A DNA stretch of 29,355 nucleotides from Candidatus Bathyarchaeota archaeon. GTDB taxonomy: Archaea; Thermoproteota; Bathyarchaeia; TCS64. The stretch's first letter is position 1; the number at the start of each line of letters is the position of its first letter. Below are positions 1 through 9,123 of this stretch, piece by piece. Made by a program: the position numbers and the translations under genes. The notes below the pieces were generated by a model. That model was given only the letters and a program-made list of their open reading frames with translations, had not been told where the DNA came from and ran no database searches. Location: assembly GCA_043826455.1 (NCBI GenBank), contig JBDRQD010000016.1:1-29355 (forward strand). Reading direction: 5' to 3'.

Positions 1-735
1 GCCCTTGGCCACTATGAGGTCCGCGGAGTGGAACCTCTCATGGAACCAGTCCGGTGCCTCGTCCAGGCGCACGCCTAGGGCGGCTACACCCGTGGTTATC
101 ACCTCGTCCGCGGCTTCCTTCATTCCCACGGCCTCGGCGTCCTCCATGAGGGCGTCGTTGAGGGTGGGCCCAGCCTTCACGGCCACCGTCACGTGGCAGC
201 CCAGGCGGCGGAGCTCCTCTACAACCAGGGTGTCGAAGGCTATCTCCCCGGCGTTGTCGGTGAAGAAGAGGACCCTGGAGCCTGGCCTAATGAGGCTCTT
301 GAACTCGTCGGTGTCGTCCAGGTAGAAGCCCTCGCCCAGGAGCGCCATGGCGTCGTCGATGTCGCTGTTGTTCCCCGGCACATCGTAGTCGATGACGTTC
401 CCCAAGCAGCTGATGAGGCATGCCACCCTGAGCCGCTCCTCCTCGGGCGCCTCCTCGACCATGGTCCTCAGCCGGGGCAGCATCTCCAGGCCCTGCCTGT
501 TGGCCTCCCGCTTCAGCTCGACGTAGGGGTCCATGCATCCGGTGACCCTGGCTATCACCCGCCCCCTCTCGGCGCCTATGACGCTGGGCACGGCGTCCGG
601 GGTGAAGTCCCTGCCCAGGAGGGCCAGGAGCTCCTGCATGGCTGTGCGCCTGGTCTCCTCGTCCTCCGCGCTCATCTGGATCATCTTGTAGCCCCTGTGG
701 AGGAGGCAGTAGCCGCACCTGGAACCGACCTTCAT
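1..735 (-). CDS. DUF89/ARMT1-like damage-control phosphatase (3' end truncated by window edge)
   Basis: Manually translated from ATG at 735; not in the ORF track because there is no stop inside the window. MKVGSRCGYCLL...DPYVELKREAN...GNVIDY...FTDNAGEIAFD...VKAGPTLNDA...DLIVAKG: the N-terminal CxxC, DNAGE, NDA and AKG motifs are typical of DUF89. Confidence 0.92.
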   Translation of the reverse strand, partial: MKVGSRCGYCLLHRGYKMIQMSAEDEETRRTAMQELLALLGRDFTPDAVPSVIGAERGRVIARVTGCMDPYVELKREANRQGLEMLPRLRTMVEEAPEEERLRVACLISCLGNVIDYDVPGNNSDIDDAMALLGEGFYLDDTDEFKSLIRPGSRVLFFTDNAGEIAFDTLVVEELRRLGCHVTVAVKAGPTLNDALMEDAEAVGMKEAADEVITTGVAALGVRLDEAPDWFHERFHSADLIVAKG

Positions 736-760
736 GTTCGTCCAAACGGGGGACGCGGCC

Positions 761-775
761 GCAATATAAAAAACA
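761..775. promoter_or_regulatory. AT-rich TATA-like element in the divergent DUF89/THUMP gap
   Basis: gcaatataaaaaaca lies in a ~60-bp divergent gap, about 25-30 nt from both start codons. Confidence 0.55.
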
Positions 776-796
776 TGCCAATGCATAATGTAGTTG

Positions 797-1324
797 ATGG
801 ACTACAACCTGTTGGCCACCGCGGAGCAGATGACCATGAGCAAGGCCTGCAGCCAGCTGTGGATGAACCTGAGGGCGGTGGGAGACCCCGAGCCCCAGTT
901 GGACCGCTCCCGGATAAAGGGCCTCATCCTGGCCCGCACAACTATGGACCCCGTGGAGGCCATCCACAAGCTGCGGGAGCATATGGAAGCCGAACCCGAA
1001 AGGTATGTGAACCTCTACAGGGTTCTACCTGTACAGGCCTGGACCACGTCCAGTCCGGACGACATAGTGGATGCGTTGGCCCCAATGAAGGGCCGCGTGA
1101 GCCCGGAGGAGTCCTTCAGGGTGACCCTTGAGAAGAGGCGGACCCAGCTGAGCAGCCTGGAGATCATAGAGCCCGTGGCCGACCTATTCGACAGGAGGGT
1201 GGACTTGGAGTGCCCGGACTGGGTGGTGCTGGTGGAGGTCCTAGGCCAAGATACGGGTGTCTCCGTCGTCAAGCCCGAGGACGTGCTGAACGTTCAGAAG
1301 GAGAGGGCCCAGTCACCTGCGTAG
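797..1324 (+). CDS. Stand-alone THUMP-domain RNA-binding protein (TAN1-like tRNA modification adaptor)
   Basis: ESFRVTLEKRRT...IIEPVADLFDRRVDLECPDWVVLVEVLG is the THUMP core. ATG 797 (alternative TTG 794). Confidence 0.9.
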   Translation: MDYNLLATAEQMTMSKACSQLWMNLRAVGDPEPQLDRSRIKGLILARTTMDPVEAIHKLREHMEAEPERYVNLYRVLPVQAWTTSSPDDIVDALAPMKGRVSPEESFRVTLEKRRTQLSSLEIIEPVADLFDRRVDLECPDWVVLVEVLGQDTGVSVVKPEDVLNVQKERAQSPA

Positions 1325-1870
1325 AGTCAGCAGGGCCCCCTTCTCTACTATGAGGCTGGTGAGGGCCTCGTAGGGGTCTCCCCCCACTGCCTCTAGCGAC
1401 GAGTCATTCACCTCGAAGACTTTCCTCAGCTGCCTGAACTTGGCCTCGTCAACCTCTAGGACGCGGTCGTCCAGATCTCCAAGAGCCCCAGCCACTCTTC
1501 GAGCCGCATCAGTGATCGCGTCAGTGTCGCGTCCGAACACGGCCACAGCCACCGCCTTCGTATTCTTTGACACTCCCATAACGCGGAACGCTTTGGTTAT
1601 CTGGTCCTGGCACGTGGCGTAGAGCAGGGTCTCCACGTCCAACCCCTTGGACACCGCGGTCCCGTTCTCCACGGCCTTGACGGCGTTCACCGCCGCGTGG
1701 TACAGGTGACGCCGCCCCGCCACCATCCTGGCGTCGAAAAGCTGGAACGTGTGCCCGTCTACAGCTTCTCTAACAGCTCTGAGAGTGTCATCGACGTCCT
1801 CAACGTGGACGCCTCTGGCACCCGCTATGGCCACGTGCAGATCGCTGCCATTTATAGGACGTATGATCAT
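1313..1870 (-). CDS. cgi121: KEOPS complex subunit Cgi121
   Basis: QLFDARMVAGRRHLYHAAVNA...SKGLDVETLLYATCQDQITKAFRVMGV matches the Cgi121 pattern; C-terminal LIVEKGAL. Confidence 0.88.
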   Translation of the reverse strand: MIIRPINGSDLHVAIAGARGVHVEDVDDTLRAVREAVDGHTFQLFDARMVAGRRHLYHAAVNAVKAVENGTAVSKGLDVETLLYATCQDQITKAFRVMGVSKNTKAVAVAVFGRDTDAITDAARRVAGALGDLDDRVLEVDEAKFRQLRKVFEVNDSSLEAVGGDPYEALTSLIVEKGALLTLRR

Positions 1871-1890
1871 GGTGCCTTCTCCGATCCTGA

Positions 1891-2997
1891 TTAACTGTTC
1901 CTCATATACTTCTCCAGCCTCTCCAGGAGGCGGTCCACTTCCTCAGCCGTGTTGTAGAACCCCGTGGACACGCGTAGGCCGGCGGGCCTGAGGCTCACTA
2001 TGAAGCCCTCCTCCGTCAGCCTCCGGTAGTGGTCCTCGGTGGCGACCGTGGTGAAGCTGACCACCCCCGACCTGAGGGACGGGTCCACGGGGGTGACGAG
2101 GTTCACGCCGAGGCCTGTCAGCCCGTCGACCAGGCGGCTGCTCAGGCTCAGCACCTGCCTCTCGATCCTGTCCACGCCCAGGCCTAGGATCATGTCTATG
2201 CCGGCCTTGGTTCCCACGAAGCTGAGGTAGCTGGGTTCGCCGAACTCCAGCATCTGGGCCGTGTCCTTGAGGGCGGGCTTGCCCAGGCTGTGCTCCTTCA
2301 CAGCCCTGTACCCCCACTCCCGTGGCCGCAGGTCGCCGAGGACGTTCTCCCTGGCGTAGAGGAACCCGGCGCCCGAGGGGCCTAGGAGCCACTTGTAGCT
2401 TCCGCAGGCGTAGAAGTCTACATCGTCCCTCTTGACGTCTACCTTTATCGCGCCCGCGGCCTGTATGCCGTCCACCACCAGGTAGGCGCCGTGGCTGTGG
2501 GCGAGCTCGGCGAGGGGCTTCAGGTCGCAGCGTGCCCCCGTGAGCCACTGGACCTGGCTGATGCTTATGGCCCGGGTCCTGTCATCCGCTTGGGCCTCCA
2601 CATCCTCAAGGCGTACGGCGCCGCCCCTGCCCTTGATCACTCTGGCCTCCACGCCTCTGCTTCTCAACGCTGTCCAGGGGTAGACGTTGGCCCAGTTCTC
2701 GAGGTCGTTCACTATGACGTTGTCGCCCCTCCTGTAGATTATGGAGCCGGCGACGGTTGCGAGGCCCCGGGATGTGTTGGGCTGGCACGCGACCTCGTTT
2801 GGCTTGGCTCCTATGAGGCGGGCGAAGCTGTCGTTGGCCATCCCCACCCTCCTGTCCCCGTGCCTGGAGAGTCGGTCCCAGTCGTCCAGGAACTCCCTGA
2901 TGGCCGTCTTGACGGGGGTGGACGGGGGGCTGTGGTTGGCTATGTTCATGTAGGTGTACTGCTCTGTGATGGGGAAGGGGTCCCTGAGATCCATCAT
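1891..2997 (-). CDS. Aminotransferase class V-fold PLP enzyme (cysteine desulfurase/selenocysteine lyase-like)
   Basis: VDGIQAAG, DFYACGSYKWLLGPSGAG (PLP lysine) and LRVSTGFYNTAEEVDRL. Confidence 0.9.
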   Translation of the reverse strand: MMDLRDPFPITEQYTYMNIANHSPPSTPVKTAIREFLDDWDRLSRHGDRRVGMANDSFARLIGAKPNEVACQPNTSRGLATVAGSIIYRRGDNVIVNDLENWANVYPWTALRSRGVEARVIKGRGGAVRLEDVEAQADDRTRAISISQVQWLTGARCDLKPLAELAHSHGAYLVVDGIQAAGAIKVDVKRDDVDFYACGSYKWLLGPSGAGFLYARENVLGDLRPREWGYRAVKEHSLGKPALKDTAQMLEFGEPSYLSFVGTKAGIDMILGLGVDRIERQVLSLSSRLVDGLTGLGVNLVTPVDPSLRSGVVSFTTVATEDHYRRLTEEGFIVSLRPAGLRVSTGFYNTAEEVDRLLERLEKYMRNS

Positions 2998-3040
2998 GGT
3001 ACAACGTTCCAGGTCCGCTGATATGAAGCCTGGGCTCGGG

Positions 3041-3079
3041 GAACCCTTAAACCCTGTGGGGGCGTCTATTTCAGACGCC
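3041..3079 (+). promoter_or_regulatory. ssb promoter: TATA-like CTTAAA followed by a GGCGTCT-N5-AGACGCC dyad
   Basis: gaacccttaaa at 3041-3051; perfect 7-bp inverted repeat at 3061-3079 near the expected transcription start. Confidence 0.5.
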
Positions 3080-3086
3080 AGAGAGT

Positions 3087-3506
3087 GTGAACATGGATCA
3101 ACCTGAAGAGCCTATGAGTAAGATCAGTGAGCTCAGCAGCTTCAGCCGCAGGGTATACACGGTGGTGAAGGTTGTCAGCAAGACGCCTCCCCGGGAGGTC
3201 ACCTCCAAGGAGGACGGCTCTGCCCACAAGGTGGCTGAGGCCCTGGTGGCCGACGACACGGGCAGCGTCTACATGACCCTTTGGGACGAGTCCATCGACG
3301 AGATAGATGAGGACCAGGTCATACGGCTCAGCAACGCCTACATGAACACCTTCAAGGGCAGCCTGAGGCTGAACCTGGGCCGCTACGGCACCTACGAGAC
3401 CCTGGAGGAAGACCCCTTCGATGATCTGAACCTGGAGAACAATCTCTCAGCGAAGCAGATGGAGTACAGGCGCCGCGACTCGCCCCGGAGGACCTGGGAC
3501 CGCTAA
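3087..3506 (+). CDS. ssb: Single-OB-fold single-stranded DNA-binding protein (crenarchaeal SSB/RPA type)
   Basis: KISEL...VKVVSKTPPREV...HKVAEALVADDTGSVYMTLWD...NAYMNTFKGSLRLNLGRYG. The start may be ATG 3093 or 3114. Confidence 0.9.
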   Translation: MNMDQPEEPMSKISELSSFSRRVYTVVKVVSKTPPREVTSKEDGSAHKVAEALVADDTGSVYMTLWDESIDEIDEDQVIRLSNAYMNTFKGSLRLNLGRYGTYETLEEDPFDDLNLENNLSAKQMEYRRRDSPRRTWDR

Positions 3507-3510
3507 CACA

Positions 3511-3536
3511 CCTTTTTCTACGCAGCAGGTTTTTTA
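3511..3536 (+). terminator. Oligo-T archaeal terminator after ssb
   Basis: cctttttct and ggttttttac immediately after the TAA at 3506. Confidence 0.5.
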
Positions 3537-3565
3537 CGGCACGTAAGCAAAGAGGTATTGATTCT

Positions 3566-4492
3566 ATGACCAAGATTAGGGTGGGTTTACCCAAACTGCT
3601 ACACAACGGCCACCTCGGCTTCCCCGAGATCGATGAGAGCCCCAACGTCATGGAGGACGGCGGACTCCTGAAGCGTCTGGAGGACTGGGGCTGCGAGGTC
3701 GTGGAGAGGAGGACCGCCGCGCTGACCCCCGAGGAGGAGAAAGTCTACGGCGCCAGGTACAGGATGGCCCTGGCCAGCAACCACCTGGCCGACATAGTGG
3801 CAGGTCAGATAAAGGCGGGCGCTCTACCCATAGGGCTCCTGAGCAACTGCAATGGGTTGATGGGGATGCTGGCCGGCCACCAGAGGGCCAGCCAGAGCTG
3901 GAAACCCCTAAAGGTGGGCCTGGTATGGGTGGACGCCCACGGAGACTTCAACACCCCTGAGACCAGCCTCAGCGGCATGATGGGCGGAATGCCCGTGGCC
4001 ATTAGCACCGGCCTATGCCTCCATCACATCAGGAGGGCCTGCGGCCTGGACCCGCCGCTGCCCATGAAGTACGTGACCATGGTTGGGGTGAGGGACACGG
4101 ACCCCTGGGAGCAGTACATGATAGACCAGAACGACGTTAGCCAGATATCCGTGGACGACGTGAGGCGCCTCAGCCCGGCAATAGACATGGAGATGGACAG
4201 GCTCAGCATCCTCACGGACCTCATCTACGTCCATATAGACCTGGATGTCCTGGACCCCGCGGACATCCCCGGCGCAGGTCTACCCGTGGAGAACGGCCCC
4301 ACTGCGGAGGAGCTCGCGGAGGCCCTGGAGATCATGTTCGAGAACCCCAAGGCCGCGGGCTTCGGGCTGGCCAGCTACCCCGCCAGGAGGGACACCGAGA
4401 GGAGGGGACTAAAGTCGGTGTACAGGCTGGTGGAGGGAGTCATAAGAGGGGTCAGGAACAGGGAGACCGGGCCGCCTGGAGTCCTCAACTAG
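3566..4492 (+). CDS. Arginase/ureohydrolase family protein (divergent active site)
   Basis: Metal-binding motifs WVDAHGDFNTPETS, VGVRDTDPWE and HIDLDVLDP. Confidence 0.9.
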   Translation: MTKIRVGLPKLLHNGHLGFPEIDESPNVMEDGGLLKRLEDWGCEVVERRTAALTPEEEKVYGARYRMALASNHLADIVAGQIKAGALPIGLLSNCNGLMGMLAGHQRASQSWKPLKVGLVWVDAHGDFNTPETSLSGMMGGMPVAISTGLCLHHIRRACGLDPPLPMKYVTMVGVRDTDPWEQYMIDQNDVSQISVDDVRRLSPAIDMEMDRLSILTDLIYVHIDLDVLDPADIPGAGLPVENGPTAEELAEALEIMFENPKAAGFGLASYPARRDTERRGLKSVYRLVEGVIRGVRNRETGPPGVLN

Positions 4493-7400
4493 CTCCTGAT
4501 GGGGAGCCTCAACGTGACCGTGGTTCCCTTATCCATCTTTGACGAGATCTGGATGCTTCCGCCGTGGGCCTCCGCCACCTCCTTGCAGTAGGTTAACCCT
4601 AGGCCCATGCCTGTCTCCTTTGTTGAGAAGAAGGGCTGGAAGAGGGTGCCCATGTTCTCGTCCGAGATGCCGTGGCCCGTGTCCGTGACGGTGGCTACCG
4701 CCTCCCCGTCCTCCACCGTTGACGCAAGCCTGAGGGCTCCGCCCTCAGGCATGGCCTCCAGGGCGTTGTTGACTATGTTATCTATCACCCTGGTCATCTT
4801 GTGGGGGTCCATCTCCAGTTTGGCTCCGGCCTTCAGGGTCATCCTCAGACGCACGTTCTTGGGGAGTATCCTCTTCTCCAAAGCCCCCCGGATTATGTGG
4901 TCTAGGCTGAAGGGCCCCGTGTGAAGGGTTCGGGGGGAGACAAGGTCTCCCAGGTCGTCGATGATGTAGGCCATGTAGTCCACGTTCTTGTCGATGATCT
5001 TCAGCATCTCCTGGGAGGACTCGGGGGCCACCTCCATCATCTTGGAGGCGTTGCGGATGTTCTGGAGGGGGTTTCTCAGGTCGTGCCTTATCATGCGGCT
5101 GACCTTCTCGAAGCCTCTAAAGACCCCGGAGAGCTTCTCCTCCGAGGCCTTACTCAGCTCGGCCTCGTGCTCCAGCCGGGTGAGGGAGCTGCTCACGTGC
5201 ATGGCGAGGATCTCGAGAAGCTCTGCGTCCTGGGAGGTGAAGGAGTTGAGCTGCCTGCTCTCAACGTTGAGGACGGCGAGGACCCGTTCATGAGATACAA
5301 CTGGTACTACCAGCTCGGATCTGGTCTCGGAGTCCACCATGATGTAGCCGGGGTCCTGGCTCACATCGGGGGCGTACACGGGGCGCCCGTTTCTCGCCGC
5401 CCTCACGGTCAGCCCTGGGCCGGAGAGAGGCAGTAGTTCGTTGCTGGGTTTGCCGCCGCGGGCCTCCACGACATGTAAATTACTGCCCTGAAGCACAAGG
5501 AAGGATATGTAGTTCCACCCGAACGCCTGCATCACTATGTCCAGGGTGGTGGTGGCTGCCTCCTGTACCGTCTTGACGGTGCTCAGCCTCGTGGCGTAGT
5601 CGTGTAGAGCCGTGAGGGTTTCCTCGTACTTGATCCTGCTGGTGATGTCGCGGTTGATGGATAGGGACGCGGGCTTTCCGTCGAACATTAACTTTGAGAC
5701 GCTGTTTTCGACGACGACCTCTGAGCCGTCATTTCTCATGATGGTGAAGGTGTACCTGATGGGTGCAGCTCCACCCTTCAGCCTGGTCCTAGCGTACTCC
5801 CTCACCCTTTCACGGTCAACGTCAGCTATGTGAGCGAACGCTTTTGCCCCTATGAGCTCCTTGGGGTCCTCGTACCCCAGGAGGTCGGCCGCCCTCTGGT
5901 TAAGGTAAAGGTACTTCTCGTCGTCTGTGACGAACACTGCGTCGGAGGTGTTCTCAACAAGGACCCGGTACAGCTCCTCTGACCTGTTCAGGGCCTCCAG
6001 TTGCCTTATCCTATGGATGGCGGAGGATAGGTGGGAAGCCAGAGTCTCAGTGAGCTTCCTCTCATGGACGGTGATGGCGTTCAGCTCCGGCTTCTCCACG
6101 TTGAGGACAGCCACAGTCTCGTCGTCAACCACCACGGGACAAGCGTACTCCGATAAAGTCACAGTATTACCGGCGGTGTACTCGGGGTCCAGCCTTACAT
6201 CGGGGACATACTGTGGCTTTCTCTGCCTAGCGGCACGGACGGTTATCCCCTTGCCGTCGAGGGGCAGCCTGTAAGGAGGGCTTGACGGCTCCTTGGCTAT
6301 ATGATCCACTAGGTAGCCGTCCCGAACCTTTATGACGTCGATGACCTCGAACCCCATGACCCTCTCAAGGGCATGGTAGGTGGACTCCAGGAGCTTGTCG
6401 AGGGTCTTTGCCTTGTTGAGGGAAAGGACATGCTGGTGGAGGGCTTCCAGCTGCTCCAGGTAACGTCTGCTGTCCTCCATCTCCTTGAGCCGCCTCACGG
6501 CCGATGCCATGTGCTGGGCGAGAACCTCCAGGAGCTTCCTGTCATCCTCATCGAAGGCACCCAACTTGGGACTCTCTATGCTGATGGCACCCACGGAGGC
6601 GTCGTCCAGTATAATGGGTACGGATATCTCTGAGAGGCTGTTTGGGGGGTCATACCCGGGTACTTTAAGCATGATATAGTCGGGATCCTCCCTGATGTCG
6701 GTGACCAGCTGGGTTTCTCCACTGTTAATTGATCTTACTATGATGCTTCTGCTATTCAGAGGGATGCTGAGGCGCTCGGGGAACTCGAAGTTTACTCCCC
6801 TATAGAACACGAACTCGTCTCCCTCCACGAAGCCTATATCGCCCCACTCGAAGCCCAGGTCCTCGTAGAGGGTCTGTGAGGCGATGAACGCCACTTCGTC
6901 TAGGCTCTCCGCTTTAATTATTCGGGACGAGCTCATGTGTAAGGCGTTGAGCCTGGACTCGAAGCGTTTGAGCCTTGTAACGTCTGTGCTGATGATGCCG
7001 AGCCCGTCGCCGACCTTGAAGGCCTTCAACTGATAGTATCTTTGAGTATTATTCGAGTCGTACATTTCAGTGTAGAATGGTTCACCGGTCTGGATGACCC
7101 TCAGGTAATCACTGAATCGGCCTGACTCCTTGACGAGGGGGTACATCTCTACGATGTTTCTGCCTACAATCTTCTCCTTCGCCAGGCCCCTCCGCTCCAC
7201 GATGACCTTGTTGACATCAATGTAGTTCAGCTCCGAGTCCAGTATGCAGAAGCCGTCAGTGGCCGACTCCATGAAGCTCTCGATGACGGCCTGGGTGTGC
7301 CGCGTCTGGACATCGGTCCTGTACTTATCCACGGCTGACATGATCCTCTTCAGGAGGACCTGGTAGTGGCTCGGGTCGGTCTCCTTCCTGACGTAGTCGT

Positions 7401-7737
7401 CTACCCCCGCGACGAAGGCTGCCTGGGCCACCTCCTCGCTGCCCTGCCCTGTGTAGATTATGAAGGGCGTGTCAGTGACCTGCTTCACTAATGGGGCTAG
7501 ATCGACGCCCGTCAGCTGGGGCATCCTGTAGTCGCACACGATGCAGCTGAAGTTCTGCGCCCGGATGACGTCTAAAACTTTTAACGGGTCGCTCACGCTG
7601 GTGACCTGGATGATGTCGCTGAGTCTCTCCAGGAAAAGCTTGGTGAACCTGAGGTGGTCCAGGTCGTCGTCGATGTGAAGCAACGTTATCGGCGGCTTGT
7701 CGGCTAAGACGTTTCCCCTCGCTTGCTTATCCAACAA
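4489..7737 (-). CDS. Cytoplasmic hybrid sensor histidine kinase (REC-PAS-GAF-GAF-PAS-GAF-HisKA-HATPase)
   Basis: REC (LLHIDDD, CDYRMP, YTGQG, DYVRK); H-box RHDLRNPL; N-box NIVNNALEAM; G1 DTGHGI; F-box FQPFFSTK; G2 GMGLGL; three GAF repeats; no transmembrane segment. Confidence 0.95.
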   Translation of the reverse strand: MLDKQARGNVLADKPPITLLHIDDDLDHLRFTKLFLERLSDIIQVTSVSDPLKVLDVIRAQNFSCIVCDYRMPQLTGVDLAPLVKQVTDTPFIIYTGQGSEEVAQAAFVAGVDDYVRKETDPSHYQVLLKRIMSAVDKYRTDVQTRHTQAVIESFMESATDGFCILDSELNYIDVNKVIVERRGLAKEKIVGRNIVEMYPLVKESGRFSDYLRVIQTGEPFYTEMYDSNNTQRYYQLKAFKVGDGLGIISTDVTRLKRFESRLNALHMSSSRIIKAESLDEVAFIASQTLYEDLGFEWGDIGFVEGDEFVFYRGVNFEFPERLSIPLNSRSIIVRSINSGETQLVTDIREDPDYIMLKVPGYDPPNSLSEISVPIILDDASVGAISIESPKLGAFDEDDRKLLEVLAQHMASAVRRLKEMEDSRRYLEQLEALHQHVLSLNKAKTLDKLLESTYHALERVMGFEVIDVIKVRDGYLVDHIAKEPSSPPYRLPLDGKGITVRAARQRKPQYVPDVRLDPEYTAGNTVTLSEYACPVVVDDETVAVLNVEKPELNAITVHERKLTETLASHLSSAIHRIRQLEALNRSEELYRVLVENTSDAVFVTDDEKYLYLNQRAADLLGYEDPKELIGAKAFAHIADVDRERVREYARTRLKGGAAPIRYTFTIMRNDGSEVVVENSVSKLMFDGKPASLSINRDITSRIKYEETLTALHDYATRLSTVKTVQEAATTTLDIVMQAFGWNYISFLVLQGSNLHVVEARGGKPSNELLPLSGPGLTVRAARNGRPVYAPDVSQDPGYIMVDSETRSELVVPVVSHERVLAVLNVESRQLNSFTSQDAELLEILAMHVSSSLTRLEHEAELSKASEEKLSGVFRGFEKVSRMIRHDLRNPLQNIRNASKMMEVAPESSQEMLKIIDKNVDYMAYIIDDLGDLVSPRTLHTGPFSLDHIIRGALEKRILPKNVRLRMTLKAGAKLEMDPHKMTRVIDNIVNNALEAMPEGGALRLASTVEDGEAVATVTDTGHGISDENMGTLFQPFFSTKETGMGLGLTYCKEVAEAHGGSIQISSKMDKGTTVTLRLPIRS

Positions 7738-7788
7738 TGAAGTGGAATATAATAATTGTAGATTGACGCCGAGTATTTCAGCAAGGGA

Positions 7789-9066
7789 TTAGATCACAAA
7801 CTTCTCGTGCTCCACGTGCCTGTGCCGGACCCCCAGGTCCGCCACCCTGAACCTGCGTCCGCCGTGGAGCTCAGCGTACTCCTCCCCGGCTACAAGGGCG
7901 TCCAGTATCCTGCCCAGGGCGTCGGCCTTCATTATGCCGCTGCCGCTGGCCGCACCCACGTAGTACATGCCGTGGGCCTCGTAGACCACCGGCGTCTCGT
8001 CCAAGCTGTTGATGGCGTACTGGCCCGCCCACATATTCATGGGGCGCACGTCCCCGAAGCATGGGAAGTACCTCACCAGAATGTGGTAAACGTTGTCAGT
8101 GTAGTAGTCCTCCTCGGCCTGGGGGTCCTCCTCCAGCTCAAACTTGCGGCCCAGGTCGTCTGCGCAGCCCAGCCAGATGCTCCCCTCACTGAGCTCCGAC
8201 CTGAACAGCACCTTGGCCTTGGGGAGGATGGTGAGGGGGACGGAGCCGTGGCTGTTGAGGCCCCGGACCTTGAAGAGGGGCTCCAGCTTGGGGTCCTTGA
8301 AGGCGAAGAGCTGCCTCTTCTTAGGCCGCATGTAGCTGTCCAGGCCCACCGGGTCCAGGAGCAGGCTGGCCCAGACGCCGCAGGCCACCACCGTCTTCCC
8401 GGCGTTGATGGCGCCCTTGCTGGTCTCGGCCCCCACGATCCTGGTCTCCTGCCAGACGAAGGGCTCGCCCGGGATGCCCAGTTCCTCCACCGGCTTCAGC
8501 AGGAGCCTCTTGGCCTCGGTGTTGTACATGATCTCTCCGCCCAGCTTCAGGAACTCGGCCTCGTAGACCCTGGTGAGGGCGTCCGCGTCCAGGCTGCCGC
8601 ACTTATTGCCGAGGACACCCACCGCGATGTCCTCCAGGCCCAGGAGCTCGGCCTCCTCGTCGCCGCCGAACTCGGTGACCAGGCACGGGACGGCCTCCTT
8701 CAGCTCGGCCAGGGATAGGACGCGGACGCTGTCGCCGCGCTTCACTATGGCCTCGATGGCGGGCTTGATGGCCTCGTACTGGCGGCTGCTGAAGAGCCAA
8801 AGGTAGCCTATGAACTCCAGCTTGACGTCGTGGCCATGTTCCTCTAGCTCGGTGAAGGCGTCGATGCTGGTGTCGGCTAGCAGGTAGTTGGTCTCGCTGG
8901 TGAATATGTTGCGGAACCCGCCCTCGCTCTTGGCGCTGTTGCCCTGGCCGGGCCCGCTGTACTTGTCTATGACTATGATCTTCTTTGCGGGGTCTCTCCG
9001 CTTCATGTGGTAGGCGGAGCTGAGGCCGAGGACCCCTGCCCCTATGACGAGGATGTCGCAGTCCAT
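7789..9066 (-). CDS. FAD-dependent oxidoreductase, DAO/sarcosine oxidase beta/proline dehydrogenase family
   Basis: ILVIGAGVLGLSSAY Rossmann motif, GNSAKSEGGFR, VVACGVWA, WAGQY, SGSGIMKA. Confidence 0.92.
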   Translation of the reverse strand: MDCDILVIGAGVLGLSSAYHMKRRDPAKKIIVIDKYSGPGQGNSAKSEGGFRNIFTSETNYLLADTSIDAFTELEEHGHDVKLEFIGYLWLFSSRQYEAIKPAIEAIVKRGDSVRVLSLAELKEAVPCLVTEFGGDEEAELLGLEDIAVGVLGNKCGSLDADALTRVYEAEFLKLGGEIMYNTEAKRLLLKPVEELGIPGEPFVWQETRIVGAETSKGAINAGKTVVACGVWASLLLDPVGLDSYMRPKKRQLFAFKDPKLEPLFKVRGLNSHGSVPLTILPKAKVLFRSELSEGSIWLGCADDLGRKFELEEDPQAEEDYYTDNVYHILVRYFPCFGDVRPMNMWAGQYAINSLDETPVVYEAHGMYYVGAASGSGIMKADALGRILDALVAGEEYAELHGGRRFRVADLGVRHRHVEHEKFVI

Positions 9067-9123
9067 TGAAATCTATTGGATTTCTCTTGGGGGGGATATA
9101 ACGTTAACCCAGCGATGACAGGG

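Noticed and set aside
193..1131. Long ORFs 193..1131(+) and 287..982(-)
   Set aside because: Shadow frames of the DUF89 and THUMP genes; no recognisable motifs.
7807..8718. 303-aa + strand ORF and the many similar antisense or alternate-frame ORFs in the track
   Set aside because: They overlap well-supported genes, as expected in GC-rich DNA.
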